Assembly (NCBI GenBank): GCA_963740355.1 | Contig: CAVUDW010000002.1 | Location: forward strand, 704,001-768,000 | Source of the DNA: an uncultured Gemmatimonadaceae bacterium | Lineage (GTDB): Bacteria; Gemmatimonadota; Gemmatimonadetes; Gemmatimonadales; Gemmatimonadaceae | Direction: 5' to 3' | DNA length: 64,000 nt | In this document: positions 18,849 to 30,087 of the stretch, in pieces | Layout of the letters: each line of letters starts with the position of its first letter | How positions within the stretch are numbered: the stretch's first letter is position 1 | Position numbers and translations under genes: made by a program | The notes under the pieces: model-generated | What the model saw: only the letters and a program-made list of their open reading frames with translations | The model's database searches: none | What the model was told of the DNA's origin: nothing

Positions 18849-19781
18849 ATGCCTGCCGCGACGGTGAAGCCGCCAACATTCCAGCACCGGGTCGAGTACG
18901 CGGCCATTCGCACGGTGGTGGGAGTACTCGGCCTGATGCCGTTTTCGGTTGGCTCACGAGTCGGCGGCGCACTGGGATTGCTAGGCTACAAGCTCGGCAT
19001 CCGCTCCAAGGTGGTCGAGACGCAGATCCAGTTCGCCTTTCCCGAGTTTTCGACCGAACGGGTGAAGGCTTTGGCGCGCGAGTCGTACGACAACCTGGGT
19101 CGCACGTCGATCGAAGCGGCGATCATGGAGCACAGGACGCCCGCCGACCTGATCGCGCTCTTCGAGCGCGTGGATGGATGGGAACACATCGATGCGGCGC
19201 TGAAGGGTGGACGCGGCGCGCTGCTGGTGACGGGTCACCTCGGCAACTGGGAACTCGGCGGCAGTTACATCGCCGCCCGCGGCGTGCCGGTCGATGCGGT
19301 TGCGCGGCACATGGGTAACCGGATCTTCGAGCGCTACCTGACGCGCGTGCGCGAACGCTTCGGTGTGCAGGTGGTGTTTGACGAACTGGCGGTGCGACAG
19401 ACGCCACGCAGTGTGCGCGACAATCGGGTGGTCGGGTTCCTTTCCGATCAGGGCGTGCTCGGGCTGGCATCGAGCTTCGTTCCGTTCTTCAGCCGGCTGG
19501 CGAAGACGCCACGTGGTCCAGCGGTGTTCGCGCTTCGCCTGAAAGTGCCGGTGGTGTTCGTGGTCGCCGTGCGACAACCGTCGGGCAAATACCGCTTGAT
19601 CGTCGAGCCGATCGAAGTGGTGGACTCCGGCGATCGTGAAGCCGATACGATCGCGCTCGTGTCCTACTACACGGCGAGGCTCGAGCACTGGGTGAGGCAA
19701 TATCCCGGGCAGTACTTCTGGCAGCATCGCCGCTGGAAGTACCAGCCCGCTGGCGCACCACCACTGCCCGCAGGGATGTGA
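18849..19781 (+). CDS. lpxL: lipid A late acyltransferase (LpxL/HtrB family)
   Basis: TGHLGNWE (HxxxxE), FLSDQ, VPFF...TPRGP, PGQYFWQHRRWK. Confidence 0.88.
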   Translation: MPAATVKPPTFQHRVEYAAIRTVVGVLGLMPFSVGSRVGGALGLLGYKLGIRSKVVETQIQFAFPEFSTERVKALARESYDNLGRTSIEAAIMEHRTPADLIALFERVDGWEHIDAALKGGRGALLVTGHLGNWELGGSYIAARGVPVDAVARHMGNRIFERYLTRVRERFGVQVVFDELAVRQTPRSVRDNRVVGFLSDQGVLGLASSFVPFFSRLAKTPRGPAVFALRLKVPVVFVVAVRQPSGKYRLIVEPIEVVDSGDREADTIALVSYYTARLEHWVRQYPGQYFWQHRRWKYQPAGAPPLPAGM

Positions 19782-20680
19782 GCGTGTCATCCGCGCCGAC
19801 TGTCGCAGCCCCAATCAATCGCAGTCCGCTCCATGTGATGCGGCACGATGCACGTGCGATACTTGGCCTGCTGCTGCTCGTGGCACTGGTTGGTGCGGCG
19901 GTCGCTGCTCCGCTGCTGACGTCGTACAGCCCCACGGCCATCAATCTCGCCGAGCAGTTGATGCGCCCATCGAGCGCACACTGGCTGGGTACGGATATTC
20001 AGGGGCGCGACATTCTGGCGCGGCTGCTCTTCGGCGCGCGAATTTCGCTCTCCGTGGGCCTCGGTGCGCAAGCGATTGCGCTGCTGGTAGGCGGCACGCT
20101 TGGCCTGGTGAGCGGATTCTACGGTCGCTGGGTGGATGAAGTCGTGATGCGTATCGCGGATGTCACGCTCGCCTTTCCGACGCTGCTGCTGTTGATCGCG
20201 ATGGTCGCAGCCTTCCAGCCCAGCCTCACCGTCGTGACGCTGACCATCGGCATCGTGGGATGGGCCGGTGTGGCGCGACTGGTGCGTGGACAGGTGATGG
20301 TGGTGCGCGGACTGGAGTACGTGCAGGCGGCGCGCGCTCTTGGCGGGAGTGATTTCCGCATCCTGCTGCGTCATGTGTTACCGGCCGTCACGGCGCCGCT
20401 GGTGATCGTCGGTACGCTTGGCATTGCGGCCGCAATCATGGCCGAATCGTCGCTCAGCTTCCTCGGGCTGGGCGTGCAGCCGCCGACACCAAGTTGGGGC
20501 GGCATGATTGCGGATGCTCGTGACCTGTCGCAGTTGCGTCGTGCCCCTTGGACCTCGCTCGCGCCCGGCCTCACCATCGGATGTGCTGTGCTCGCATTCA
20601 ACCTGCTGGGCGACGCGCTTCGCGACGCTACGGACCCACGCCAACTCACTCGCCGCCTCGCGCGGCAGACGGAATCATGA
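19778..20680 (+). CDS. DppC/OppC-type ABC transporter permease
   Basis: HWLGTDIQGRDILARL, EYVQAARALG (EAA motif), ESSLSFLGLGVQPPTPSWG, FNLLGDALRDATDP. Confidence 0.93.
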   Translation: MSVSSAPTVAAPINRSPLHVMRHDARAILGLLLLVALVGAAVAAPLLTSYSPTAINLAEQLMRPSSAHWLGTDIQGRDILARLLFGARISLSVGLGAQAIALLVGGTLGLVSGFYGRWVDEVVMRIADVTLAFPTLLLLIAMVAAFQPSLTVVTLTIGIVGWAGVARLVRGQVMVVRGLEYVQAARALGGSDFRILLRHVLPAVTAPLVIVGTLGIAAAIMAESSLSFLGLGVQPPTPSWGGMIADARDLSQLRRAPWTSLAPGLTIGCAVLAFNLLGDALRDATDPRQLTRRLARQTES

Positions 20681-21832
20681 CGAACTTCCTCGCAGTTCAG
20701 CAGCGTGAATATCCGTGGATGACCGACAGTGACGTGATCTATCTCGATCACGCGTCCACTGGCGCGATCCCGAAGGCGACGGCTGATGCCGTGACCGAAT
20801 ACGTCTCGCTGCGCCACATGCCGTTCACGATGAAGCCGGAACACTTCTTCGCGACGCTGCAGAAGTCACGCGAACTGGTGGCGACGCTGATCGGGGCCAG
20901 TGCGGACGAAATTGCGCTCACCACCAACACGTCGCACGGCATCAACCTGGCGGCGTTTTCGTTGCCGCTGAATCCAGGTGACGAGATCCTCACGGTGGAC
21001 CGGGAGTTCCCGGCCAATGTCTTCCCGTGGATCAAGCGTGCCGAGCGCACGGGGGCGGTGCTGGTTCGGCTGCCTTGTGTGGACGATGTGCCCGATCAGG
21101 CGGCCCTGCTGGAAGCGATCGCGACGCGGCCGAAGGTGAAGGTGGTGACGGTGAGCTGGGTGTCGTTCTGTAGCGGTGCCCGCATCGATATCGATGCCGT
21201 GGGCAAGGCCTGTCGGGAGCGTGGGATCTACTTCGTGGTCGATGCGATCCAGGGCCTTGGCGCCCTGACCGCTCGACGTGTCGAAGACGCCGATCGACAT
21301 CCTCGCCTGTGGGGCGCAGAAGTGGTTGCAGTCGCCGTGGGGCGCGGCGTTCACGTACATCCGGCGCGACCTGATCACGAAGCTCGAGCCGGCTTCGGTG
21401 GGCTGGATGTCCACGCGCGGATCGGATGACCTGTTCAACATGCTGCAGTACGATCCGGTCTGGTTCGACGATGCCCGTCGCTTCGAGGTGATCACGTTGC
21501 CTTTCCAGGATTTCGCCGGGATGAACGCCAGCCTCGAGCTGTTCCTCGAGCTCGGGCAGCCGGCGATCGCGAACCACCTGCAGTCACTCGGTGACACGCT
21601 GGTGGATTTCTGCGATGCGCACCCGGAAGTCCGCCTCGTCACGCCGCGCGATCGTGCGCACCGCGCGGGAGTATTCGCGGTGCAGACGCCGGAGCTGGAT
21701 GCGGTCTCGGCGCGCCTGCGCGCGCACAAGGTGTCGCATTCACTGCGTGAGCGCTGCATCCGGCTGGCGCCGCACTGGTACACGACGCCGGGGCAGTGGG
21801 ACACGGTGCTGCGGATGCTCGTCACGGCCTGA
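20677..21832 (+). CDS. class V PLP aminotransferase / cysteine desulfurase-like enzyme; +1 frameshift at about 21269-21270
   Basis: IYLDHASTG, NTSHGIN, EFPAN, VDAIQGLG. Removing one C joins these to LDVSKTPIDILACGAQKWL (PLP lysine) and IRLAPHWY; 384 aa when joined. Confidence 0.88.
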
Positions 21833-21836
21833 CAGG

Positions 21837-21873
21837 AAAAAGCAGCGTGACCGGAAGACCGGTCACGCTGCTT
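21837..21873. terminator. intrinsic terminator between convergent genes (T-tract on the minus strand, after tyrS)
   Basis: AAGCAGCGTGACCGG-AAGA-CCGGTCACGCTGCTT, a perfect 15-bp stem with an adjacent A-run. Confidence 0.85.
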
Positions 21874-21889
21874 CAGTTGTAACGGTCAG

Positions 21890-23164
<1,275 letters not shown>

Positions 23165-23221
23165 AAACTAATCCGCGCTGTTGCAGCCACCCCAGCGCCC
23201 ACCCTCGGCTATCTTGATTCC

Positions 23222-25402
23222 ATGGCAGCTGTGACCGGCTTTCTCCAGAATCGCGCCGTCCGCGCGGTGATCCTGCTCGGCACCCTTGGCGCATCGCTGG
23301 GGCTGGGCGCATTCACCGCCGGCTGGACGCTCGTCTGCGCTGGCAATCAGTGCCCGAGCGTCGACGTGCTGGAGTTGTATCAGCCACGCCAAACTTCCAA
23401 GCTCTACGCCGCTGACGGCCGCTTTCTCGCTGAGCTTGGGCTCGAGCGGCGCACCGTCGCCCGCATCCAGGACATTCCGCCGCTGGTGCAGAACGCGTTC
23501 GTCTACACGGAAGACAAGCGCTTCTACAGCCACAACGGCATCGACTTCATTCGCGTCTTCGGCTCCGCCATCGTCAACGTCGTGCGCGGTGGGTATGCGC
23601 AGGGGTTCTCGACGATCACGATGCAGCTGGCCCGCAACATCTTTCCGGAGCGGCTGGAGCGCGCCAAGTCGGTCGTGCGCAAGCTGCGGGAAGGAAAGGT
23701 GGCCCTGGCGATCGAGCGGAAATACTCGAAGCAGAAGATTCTCGAGCTGTACCTGAACCAGATCTATCTCGGCAACGGTGCCTACGGTGTCGAGTCGGCA
23801 GCCCAGCGGTACTTCGGCAAGAACGTGCGCGAGCTCAACCTGGCCGAGGCGGCGCTGCTGGCGGCACTGCCCAAGGCGCCCAATCGCTACAACCCTCGGG
23901 TCGAGCCTGACCGCGCGGTGCAACGCCGGAACACCGTGCTGGAGCTGCTGCGTAGTCAGCACATCATCACCGATGCCGACGCCTCGTTGGCCAAGGCCTA
24001 TCCCCTGCAGCTCGCGCAGCGCACCGAGACGGGCGACATCGCACCGTATTTCGTGGAATGGGTGCGCAAGCAGCTCGACGAGCAATTTGGCCGCCAGCTC
24101 TATGAGCAGGGCCTCAAGGTCTACACCACGCTCGACATCGACATGCAGCTGGCGGCCGAACGGGCCATGGAACAGCAACTGCGCGCGATCGAAGGTGGCA
24201 AGCTGGGGACGTACAAGTACCTGACGTACGAGCAGTATCTCGCCCGGGCAGCGGACGACGAACGCACCAACAGCGGCGTCACCCCCTACTTGCAGGGGGC
24301 GTTCGTGGCCATGGATCCCAAGTCCGGCGGCATTCGTGCGATGATCGGCGGGCGCGACTACACCGACTCGAAATTCAATCGCGCCACGCAGGCGCTGCGT
24401 CAGCCGGGATCGACGTTCAAGCCGATCGTCTACGCCGATGCGATCCAGAACGGGCACACGACGGCCGAGGCGCTGGAGGACAACCCGATCAGTGTGCCGC
24501 AGGCTGGTGGGGGCACCTGGTCGCCGCAGAACTTCGACGGCAAGAGCATGGGCTATATCCCGCTCCGTCGCGCGCTCTACCTGTCGCGAAACCAGGCTGC
24601 GGTGCGACTCGGTATGTCGCTGGGTGAGGAAAGTGTGGCGGCGATGGCGCGTCGCTTTGGCCTCTCGACGCCCATGCCGCCGTATCCCAGCCTGCACATC
24701 GGTGCGGCCGATGTCTATCCGCTCGAGATGATTGCGGCGTACACCACGTTTGCTGCGGGCGGCATTCGCGCCAAGCCCACCGGCATCGTGCGGGTCGAGA
24801 ATTCGAAGGGTGAAGTATTGTGGGAGCCCGCGCCATCGCGCACGGCCGTGTTGTCCACCGGTGAGGCGTGGCTGATGACCGACATGCTGCGCGATGTGGT
24901 GCGTCGCGGCACGGCAGCGCGCGCGGTGGCCTCGCTGCGTGTGCCGTCAGGCGGCAAGACGGGCACCACCAACGATGGCGCCGACGTCTGGTTCATCGGC
25001 TTCACGCCGGACCTGGTGGCTGGGGTGTGGATGGGGCTCGATCGGCCACGCACCATCATGCGCAATGCACAGGGCGGTGAACTGGCCGCACCGGCATGGA
25101 CGGCCTTCATGAATGAGGTCTATCGCCGTCGCGCATTGACGGCGGACTTCGCTGGCCCTGGTGGCCTGATCGCCGTGCCAGTCGATCGCTTGACGGGGTA
25201 CCGCGCTGGCCCGCTCTGCCCGGCCGATCGCATTTACGTCGACTACTTCGTGCAGGGCACCGAACCGACGCAGGAATGCGACGGCACGATCATGGGACCT
25301 ATGGGCGACAGTACACGTTTGGATAATGCGTTCGAGCTTCCGGCCGGCGCGAAGGGGAAGCGGTCCCCGTCAGACACCGCGAATCCATTCCGTCTCCCGT
25401 GA
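23222..25402 (+). CDS. class A penicillin-binding protein (PBP1A family)
   Basis: Transglycosylase motifs EDKRFYSH, GFSTITMQLARN, RKLRE, ILELYLN. Transpeptidase motifs RQPGSTFK, SRN, KTGT. Confidence 0.95.
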   Translation: MAAVTGFLQNRAVRAVILLGTLGASLGLGAFTAGWTLVCAGNQCPSVDVLELYQPRQTSKLYAADGRFLAELGLERRTVARIQDIPPLVQNAFVYTEDKRFYSHNGIDFIRVFGSAIVNVVRGGYAQGFSTITMQLARNIFPERLERAKSVVRKLREGKVALAIERKYSKQKILELYLNQIYLGNGAYGVESAAQRYFGKNVRELNLAEAALLAALPKAPNRYNPRVEPDRAVQRRNTVLELLRSQHIITDADASLAKAYPLQLAQRTETGDIAPYFVEWVRKQLDEQFGRQLYEQGLKVYTTLDIDMQLAAERAMEQQLRAIEGGKLGTYKYLTYEQYLARAADDERTNSGVTPYLQGAFVAMDPKSGGIRAMIGGRDYTDSKFNRATQALRQPGSTFKPIVYADAIQNGHTTAEALEDNPISVPQAGGGTWSPQNFDGKSMGYIPLRRALYLSRNQAAVRLGMSLGEESVAAMARRFGLSTPMPPYPSLHIGAADVYPLEMIAAYTTFAAGGIRAKPTGIVRVENSKGEVLWEPAPSRTAVLSTGEAWLMTDMLRDVVRRGTAARAVASLRVPSGGKTGTTNDGADVWFIGFTPDLVAGVWMGLDRPRTIMRNAQGGELAAPAWTAFMNEVYRRRALTADFAGPGGLIAVPVDRLTGYRAGPLCPADRIYVDYFVQGTEPTQECDGTIMGPMGDSTRLDNAFELPAGAKGKRSPSDTANPFRLP

Positions 25403-26148
25403 GCCACTGGTCACCCCTCGACTGTCACGCGCACAGCACCTGCTCCGATGGTGTGCTCAGCCCCGATGAAGTGATTGCGGCCGCGGCAGCGCGCGGTGTG
25501 CGCGGCACGGTCAGCGATCACGCCAGTCGAGACGTTCGCTTCTCGCTCAAGTCGCCCGAAGAGTTCGACCGGTACGAGGCGCTGATCGCGCATCTCGCGT
25601 ATCGTAGCGCCGAGTTCTGCTCGCACGATTCGCTTTGGCGCGAGCTGACGCCGGTGCAGTTGGCGCGGCTCACCCATCGCATTGGGTCGCTGCACGCCTT
25701 CACGCTCGACAATGGCGTGATGGTTCGCATGTTCCAGAAGGAACTGCCAGACGGCTTGACCCGTGCGGCCTACATGTCGGCCCACGTGTCCGCGATCGAG
25801 TCGCTGGCCGAGGTCATGCCGATCGAGATCTTTGCTCACCCGACGCTGGTGCCGCATGTGTTGCGCGGAGTCGCGCCCGAAGAGTTGTGGAGTGAGCAGG
25901 ACGAGGATCGCCTGGTGCGGGCACTGAAGCGAAACGGGATCTGCTTCGAAGTCTCAAACCGCTATCGGGCACATCCGCGGCTGGTGCAGCGGGTGGTCGC
26001 GGCTGGTGTGCGCATTTCACTCGGCTCTGATGGGCATCAGCGCGATCAGATCGGCAATCTCGAGTGGCCGTTGCAGGTGACTCGATCGCTTGGCGTGCCG
26101 GATGACGCGCTCTACGATCCGCTGGTGCATGGCACGCGCCTTGGCTGA
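25399..26148 (+). CDS. PHP-domain phosphoesterase
   Basis: DCHAHSTCSDG, SDH, AHP and GSDGH metal-binding motifs. Confidence 0.88.
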   Translation: MSHWSPLDCHAHSTCSDGVLSPDEVIAAAAARGVRGTVSDHASRDVRFSLKSPEEFDRYEALIAHLAYRSAEFCSHDSLWRELTPVQLARLTHRIGSLHAFTLDNGVMVRMFQKELPDGLTRAAYMSAHVSAIESLAEVMPIEIFAHPTLVPHVLRGVAPEELWSEQDEDRLVRALKRNGICFEVSNRYRAHPRLVQRVVAAGVRISLGSDGHQRDQIGNLEWPLQVTRSLGVPDDALYDPLVHGTRLG

Positions 26149-27508
26149 TGTGACGATCTACCGCGCATCGTGGGTGCTGCCGATGTGTGCACCGCCGATC
26201 GCGAACGGCGCGGTGGCGGTGGAGGGTGATCGGATCACGTTCGCTGGGCTGGCGTCCGACGCCCCTCACGGCACTGTCGTCGACCTCGGTGATGCAGCGT
26301 TGATGCCCGGGCTGGTGAACGTGCACACGCATCTCGAGCTCACACCTCTGCGGCACCTGCTGGAAGGGCTGGACTTCGCGCAGTGGATTCGCACGTTGAC
26401 GCACCTGCGTCGCACCGAGTTGTCGGATCCGGCGGATGTCGAGGTCGGCGCACGGATTGGCATCGCGGAAGGATTGCTGCGCGGCATCACGACGTACGCC
26501 GATACCAGCGATACGGCGACGCCAGTCGTGAATGCGCTGACGCAGATGGGTGTGCGTGGCGTCGTGTACAAGGAAGTGTTCGGGCCGGATCCCAAGCAGT
26601 GCGAGACATCTCTCGGTGGTCTGCGAGACTCTGTCAGCGCGTTGCGTACGAGCGAGACGGACGCCGTGCGGATCGGCGTGTCGCCGCATGCGCCCTACTC
26701 AGTGTCGAAGGCACTGTTCGCCGCCAGCGCGGAATACGCCATCGCTGAGCGCTTGCCGATGGCGGTGCACCTGGCCGAGAGTGCGTTCGAGGAAGACCTG
26801 GTAGTGCGCGGGGAAGGGCCGTACGCGGAGAACTGGCGAAGTCGTGGCATCGATCCGGCAGGTGCGCGTGCGCGATCGAGCGTAGCGTTGTTGCACGACG
26901 CCGGCGCGTTGCGCGCCAAGCCGTTGATCATCCATGCGGTTCGTGTGGATGCGGCTGACATCGCGTTGCTGGCTGCGGCCGATTGCGCAGTAGCGCATTG
27001 CCCGGTGTCGAATGCGCGCTTAGGGCATGGCATCGCGCCGCTGCAGCAGCTGCTCGACGCGGGCATTCGTGTGGGCATCGGCACCGATAGTGTGGCCAGC
27101 AACAACCGCATGGATCTGCTCGACGAGTCGCGCGTGGCGCACCTGATGGCGTGTACGCAGACGCAGTCGTGGCGCGCATTTCCGGCGGCGCGGGCGTTGT
27201 GGCATGCGACGGCCGGTGGTGCGCGGGCGCTCGGCTTGTGGACGCGGCTCGGTGAGTTGTCGGTCGGTGCGCCGGCGGATCTGTGCGCGTTCGCGCTGGA
27301 CGGATTGGTGGCGTTGCCGCTTGCTGATGTTGCAGACGCACTCGTGCACGGGGTGGCGGGGAGCCCGGCGCGGATGACTGTGGCGTCGGGTCGGATCTGC
27401 GTTCAGGATGGCGCGCTGCTCGATACTGCGCGCTGGCATGCCGATCGTGATCGCTTCGCCGACATGGGAAGACGCCTGATCGGTGCCCGGGCGCAATTGA
27501 CGTCCTGA
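26141..27508 (+). CDS. metal-dependent amidohydrolase (MTA/SAH-deaminase-like)
   Basis: PGLVNVHTHLEL, SPHAPYS, HLAES, HCPVSN, GIGTDS; start uncertain (TTG 26141 or GTG 26150). Confidence 0.88.
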   Translation: MADVTIYRASWVLPMCAPPIANGAVAVEGDRITFAGLASDAPHGTVVDLGDAALMPGLVNVHTHLELTPLRHLLEGLDFAQWIRTLTHLRRTELSDPADVEVGARIGIAEGLLRGITTYADTSDTATPVVNALTQMGVRGVVYKEVFGPDPKQCETSLGGLRDSVSALRTSETDAVRIGVSPHAPYSVSKALFAASAEYAIAERLPMAVHLAESAFEEDLVVRGEGPYAENWRSRGIDPAGARARSSVALLHDAGALRAKPLIIHAVRVDAADIALLAAADCAVAHCPVSNARLGHGIAPLQQLLDAGIRVGIGTDSVASNNRMDLLDESRVAHLMACTQTQSWRAFPAARALWHATAGGARALGLWTRLGELSVGAPADLCAFALDGLVALPLADVADALVHGVAGSPARMTVASGRICVQDGALLDTARWHADRDRFADMGRRLIGARAQLTS

Positions 27509-27646
27509 CTGCCGCTGCGGCGTGCCGGTCTGACTTTCGCCAGAACTCAGCGAGACCTCCCGTGCCCCGAGTCGTCAATCGAGGAACCGTGGCGCCCTAC
27601 CCCGGGAATCAATTACTATGTCAGGTCACCCTTTTTCCGACCCGCC

Positions 27647-28606
27647 ATGGCCGCTCCACAGTCTGGACGCACCGACAAGATCTGGCGTGATGGCCAGCTG
27701 ATCGCCTGGGACGACGCGAAAATCCACGTGATGGGCCATGTGGTCCACTACGGCTCGAGCGTCTTCGAGGGCATCCGCTGCTATGACACACCGGCCGGCG
27801 GCGCCGTCTTCCGGCTTCGCGATCACATGCGCCGCCTGATCGACAGCGCTCGCATCTATCGCATGCCGACCCGCTACACGGTCGACCAGCTGATGAGTGC
27901 GGTGGTCGAGACCGTCAACGCCAACGGCCTGTCGCAGTGCTACCTGCGGCCGATCATGGCGCGCACGGGTGAGCAGATGGGTGTCCTGCCGTCGCAGGAT
28001 CCGGAACTCACCGAAACGTTCATCGTCGCCTACAACTGGGGTGCCTACCTCGGCCCCGAGGCGCTGGAGAACGGTGTGGATGTCTGTGTGTCCAGCTGGC
28101 GCCGCGCGGCGCCAGACACCTTCCCGACCATGGCCAAGGCCGGCGGGAACTACCTGAACTCACAGCTCTCCAAGATGCAGGCCCGACTGGATGGCTATGT
28201 CGAGGGCATCATGCTCGACAACCAGGGCCTGGTCTCCGAAGGCAGTGGCGAAAACCTCTTCGTGATCCGCGATGAGGTGCTCTACACGGCCCCGCTCGCC
28301 CACGGCATTCTGAACGGCATCACCCGCGACTCGGTCTCGACCATTGCGCGTGATCTCGGGTACGAAGTCCGTGAGCAGGCCATCCCCCGCGAGTTCCTTT
28401 ACATCGCGGACGAAGTGTTCTTCACGGGAACCGCCGCCGAAATCACCCCGATCCGCAGCATCGATCGGATTCCCGTCGGCAGCGGCAAGCCCGGCCCGAT
28501 CTGCCGTGCGATCCAGACGGAGTACCTCGGCATTGCCCGCGGTACGATCGAGGATCGGCACGGTTGGCTGACCCCGGTGGCCGAACCGGTGGGAGCCGCG
28601 CGATGA
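27647..28606 (+). CDS. ilvE: branched-chain amino acid aminotransferase
   Basis: HYGSSVFEGIRCY, AKAGGNYLNS, SEGSGENLF, LNGITR, EVFFTGTAAEITP. Confidence 0.95.
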   Translation: MAAPQSGRTDKIWRDGQLIAWDDAKIHVMGHVVHYGSSVFEGIRCYDTPAGGAVFRLRDHMRRLIDSARIYRMPTRYTVDQLMSAVVETVNANGLSQCYLRPIMARTGEQMGVLPSQDPELTETFIVAYNWGAYLGPEALENGVDVCVSSWRRAAPDTFPTMAKAGGNYLNSQLSKMQARLDGYVEGIMLDNQGLVSEGSGENLFVIRDEVLYTAPLAHGILNGITRDSVSTIARDLGYEVREQAIPREFLYIADEVFFTGTAAEITPIRSIDRIPVGSGKPGPICRAIQTEYLGIARGTIEDRHGWLTPVAEPVGAAR

Positions 28607-28712
28607 GGGTGACTGGTGGGCGCTGCAGCCTCGTGCTGCGACACCTTGCCGACTGGTATTCCAGTCGGCAGCACGCCCACTGCCCCCTCGACACCACGCC
28701 GGTGTCGCTGCG

Positions 28713-28753
28713 CGCCTCTCGCCACGCCTCGTGTGCGAGAGGCGTTCTACTTT
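28713..28753 (+). terminator. terminator-like hairpin just upstream of the HNH gene RBS
   Basis: CGCCTCTCGC (28713-28722) pairs with GCGAGAGGCG (28735-28744), followed by TTCTACTTT. Confidence 0.55.
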
Positions 28754-28772
28754 CCTGACGGACGGAGGGTAC

Positions 28773-29363
28773 GTGAACGTAGGCTGTCTTGCGCTCAACG
28801 CTTCGTACGAACCGCTCACGCTGGTCCCGATGAGACGTGCGCTCCGCCTGCTGCTGGACGGCAAGGCGGAGATCGTGGAGTCGGACGATGGAAAGGTGGT
28901 GCGCTCGGAGAAGTTGTCGTTCCCGCGACCGGTCGTGATCCGGCTGACGAAGTTCATTCATGTGCCGCGGCGCTTCCGCCGGCAGGTGACGAATACCTTC
29001 CTGTTCGCCCGCGACCACTACAAGTGCCAGTACTGTGGCCGCACGCAGACCGAACTGAAGCCGCGCGAACAGCTCACCCGCGATCACCTGATTCCGATCT
29101 CCCGCGGTGGCCTGAACGAGTGGAACAACGTCGTGACGGCGTGCAGCCCCTGCAACACGCGCAAGGCGAATCGTATGCCGCATGAAATCGGCATGCACCC
29201 GATGACGGTGCCGGTCGAGCCGCACTTCGTGCACCTCAGCTGGGCCGTGCGCCGCCTGACGCCAAAGCAGGCGCGCTACATCAAGGTCTTCTACGGCGAC
29301 GACATGCTGGCGCAGCTACGCCGCATCGAAGGTGCGCCAGTGCCGGTCGCGCCCTCGGCGTGA
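28773..29363 (+). CDS. HNH endonuclease (McrA/HNH_5-like)
   Basis: LALNASYEPL, PVVIRL, LFARDHYKCQYCG, TRDHLIPISRGG..WNNVVTACSPCNTRK; GGAGG RBS before GTG 28773. Confidence 0.92.
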   Translation: MNVGCLALNASYEPLTLVPMRRALRLLLDGKAEIVESDDGKVVRSEKLSFPRPVVIRLTKFIHVPRRFRRQVTNTFLFARDHYKCQYCGRTQTELKPREQLTRDHLIPISRGGLNEWNNVVTACSPCNTRKANRMPHEIGMHPMTVPVEPHFVHLSWAVRRLTPKQARYIKVFYGDDMLAQLRRIEGAPVPVAPSA

Positions 29364-29409
29364 CCGGCAGTCGGCGCCCGCCCGCACCGCTCACTCTCGA
29401 GGGTCGCGC

Positions 29410-30066
29410 GTGAGTCGTGCGCCGCGTGTAAAAATTTGCTGCATCAGCAGCATCGAGGAGGCCGCACTCGCCATCACACATGGCGCGTCGGCGCTCGGCC
29501 TCGTCAGCCAGATGCCGAGTGGGCCGGGCGTGGTGGAGGAATCTCACATCGCCGAGATCATTGCGACGGTGCCGCCTCCAATCGCCACCTTCCTGCTCAC
29601 CAGTGCCACCGACGCCGCAGGCATCGTCGCGCAGCAGCATCGCATGCGCCCAACCACGCTGCAGCTGGTGGACCATCTCGACGCCACCGTGCATCGCGCA
29701 CTGCGGAGCGCGCTCCCCGGCATCACGCTGGTGCAGGTGGTGCATGTCGAGGACGAGGAGAGCGTGGAGTATGCGCTCGCCGCCGCCCGAACCGTCGATG
29801 CGCTGTTGCTCGACTCCGGCCGACTCAAGGCACCAGTGAAAGAACTCGGCGGCACCGGTCGCACGCACGACTGGGGGCTTTCCCGGCGCATTCGGGATCA
29901 GGCAGGGAAGCCGATCTTCCTTGCCGGCGGATTACGCGCAGAAAACGTCGCCGACGCCATTCGTGCCGTGCAGCCGTTCGGATTGGATCTGTGCACCGGA
30001 GTGCGCACCAATGGTGCCCTCGATGCCACGAAACTCTCCAACTTCATGAACGCAGTCCGCGCCTGA
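29410..30066 (+). CDS. trpF: phosphoribosylanthranilate isomerase (stand-alone)
   Basis: RVKICCI, LLLDSG...GGTGRTHDW, FLAGGLRAENV, GLDLCTGV. Confidence 0.88.
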   Translation: MSRAPRVKICCISSIEEAALAITHGASALGLVSQMPSGPGVVEESHIAEIIATVPPPIATFLLTSATDAAGIVAQQHRMRPTTLQLVDHLDATVHRALRSALPGITLVQVVHVEDEESVEYALAAARTVDALLLDSGRLKAPVKELGGTGRTHDWGLSRRIRDQAGKPIFLAGGLRAENVADAIRAVQPFGLDLCTGVRTNGALDATKLSNFMNAVRA

Positions 30067-30087
30067 ACGGCGGCGCCGGATTTCGTA

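Noticed and set aside
28773..29363. IscB/Cas9-like RNA-guided nuclease or mobile homing endonuclease
   Set aside because: Only 196 aa, with no RuvC motifs, PLMP start or element ends; it fits the common stand-alone HNH family.
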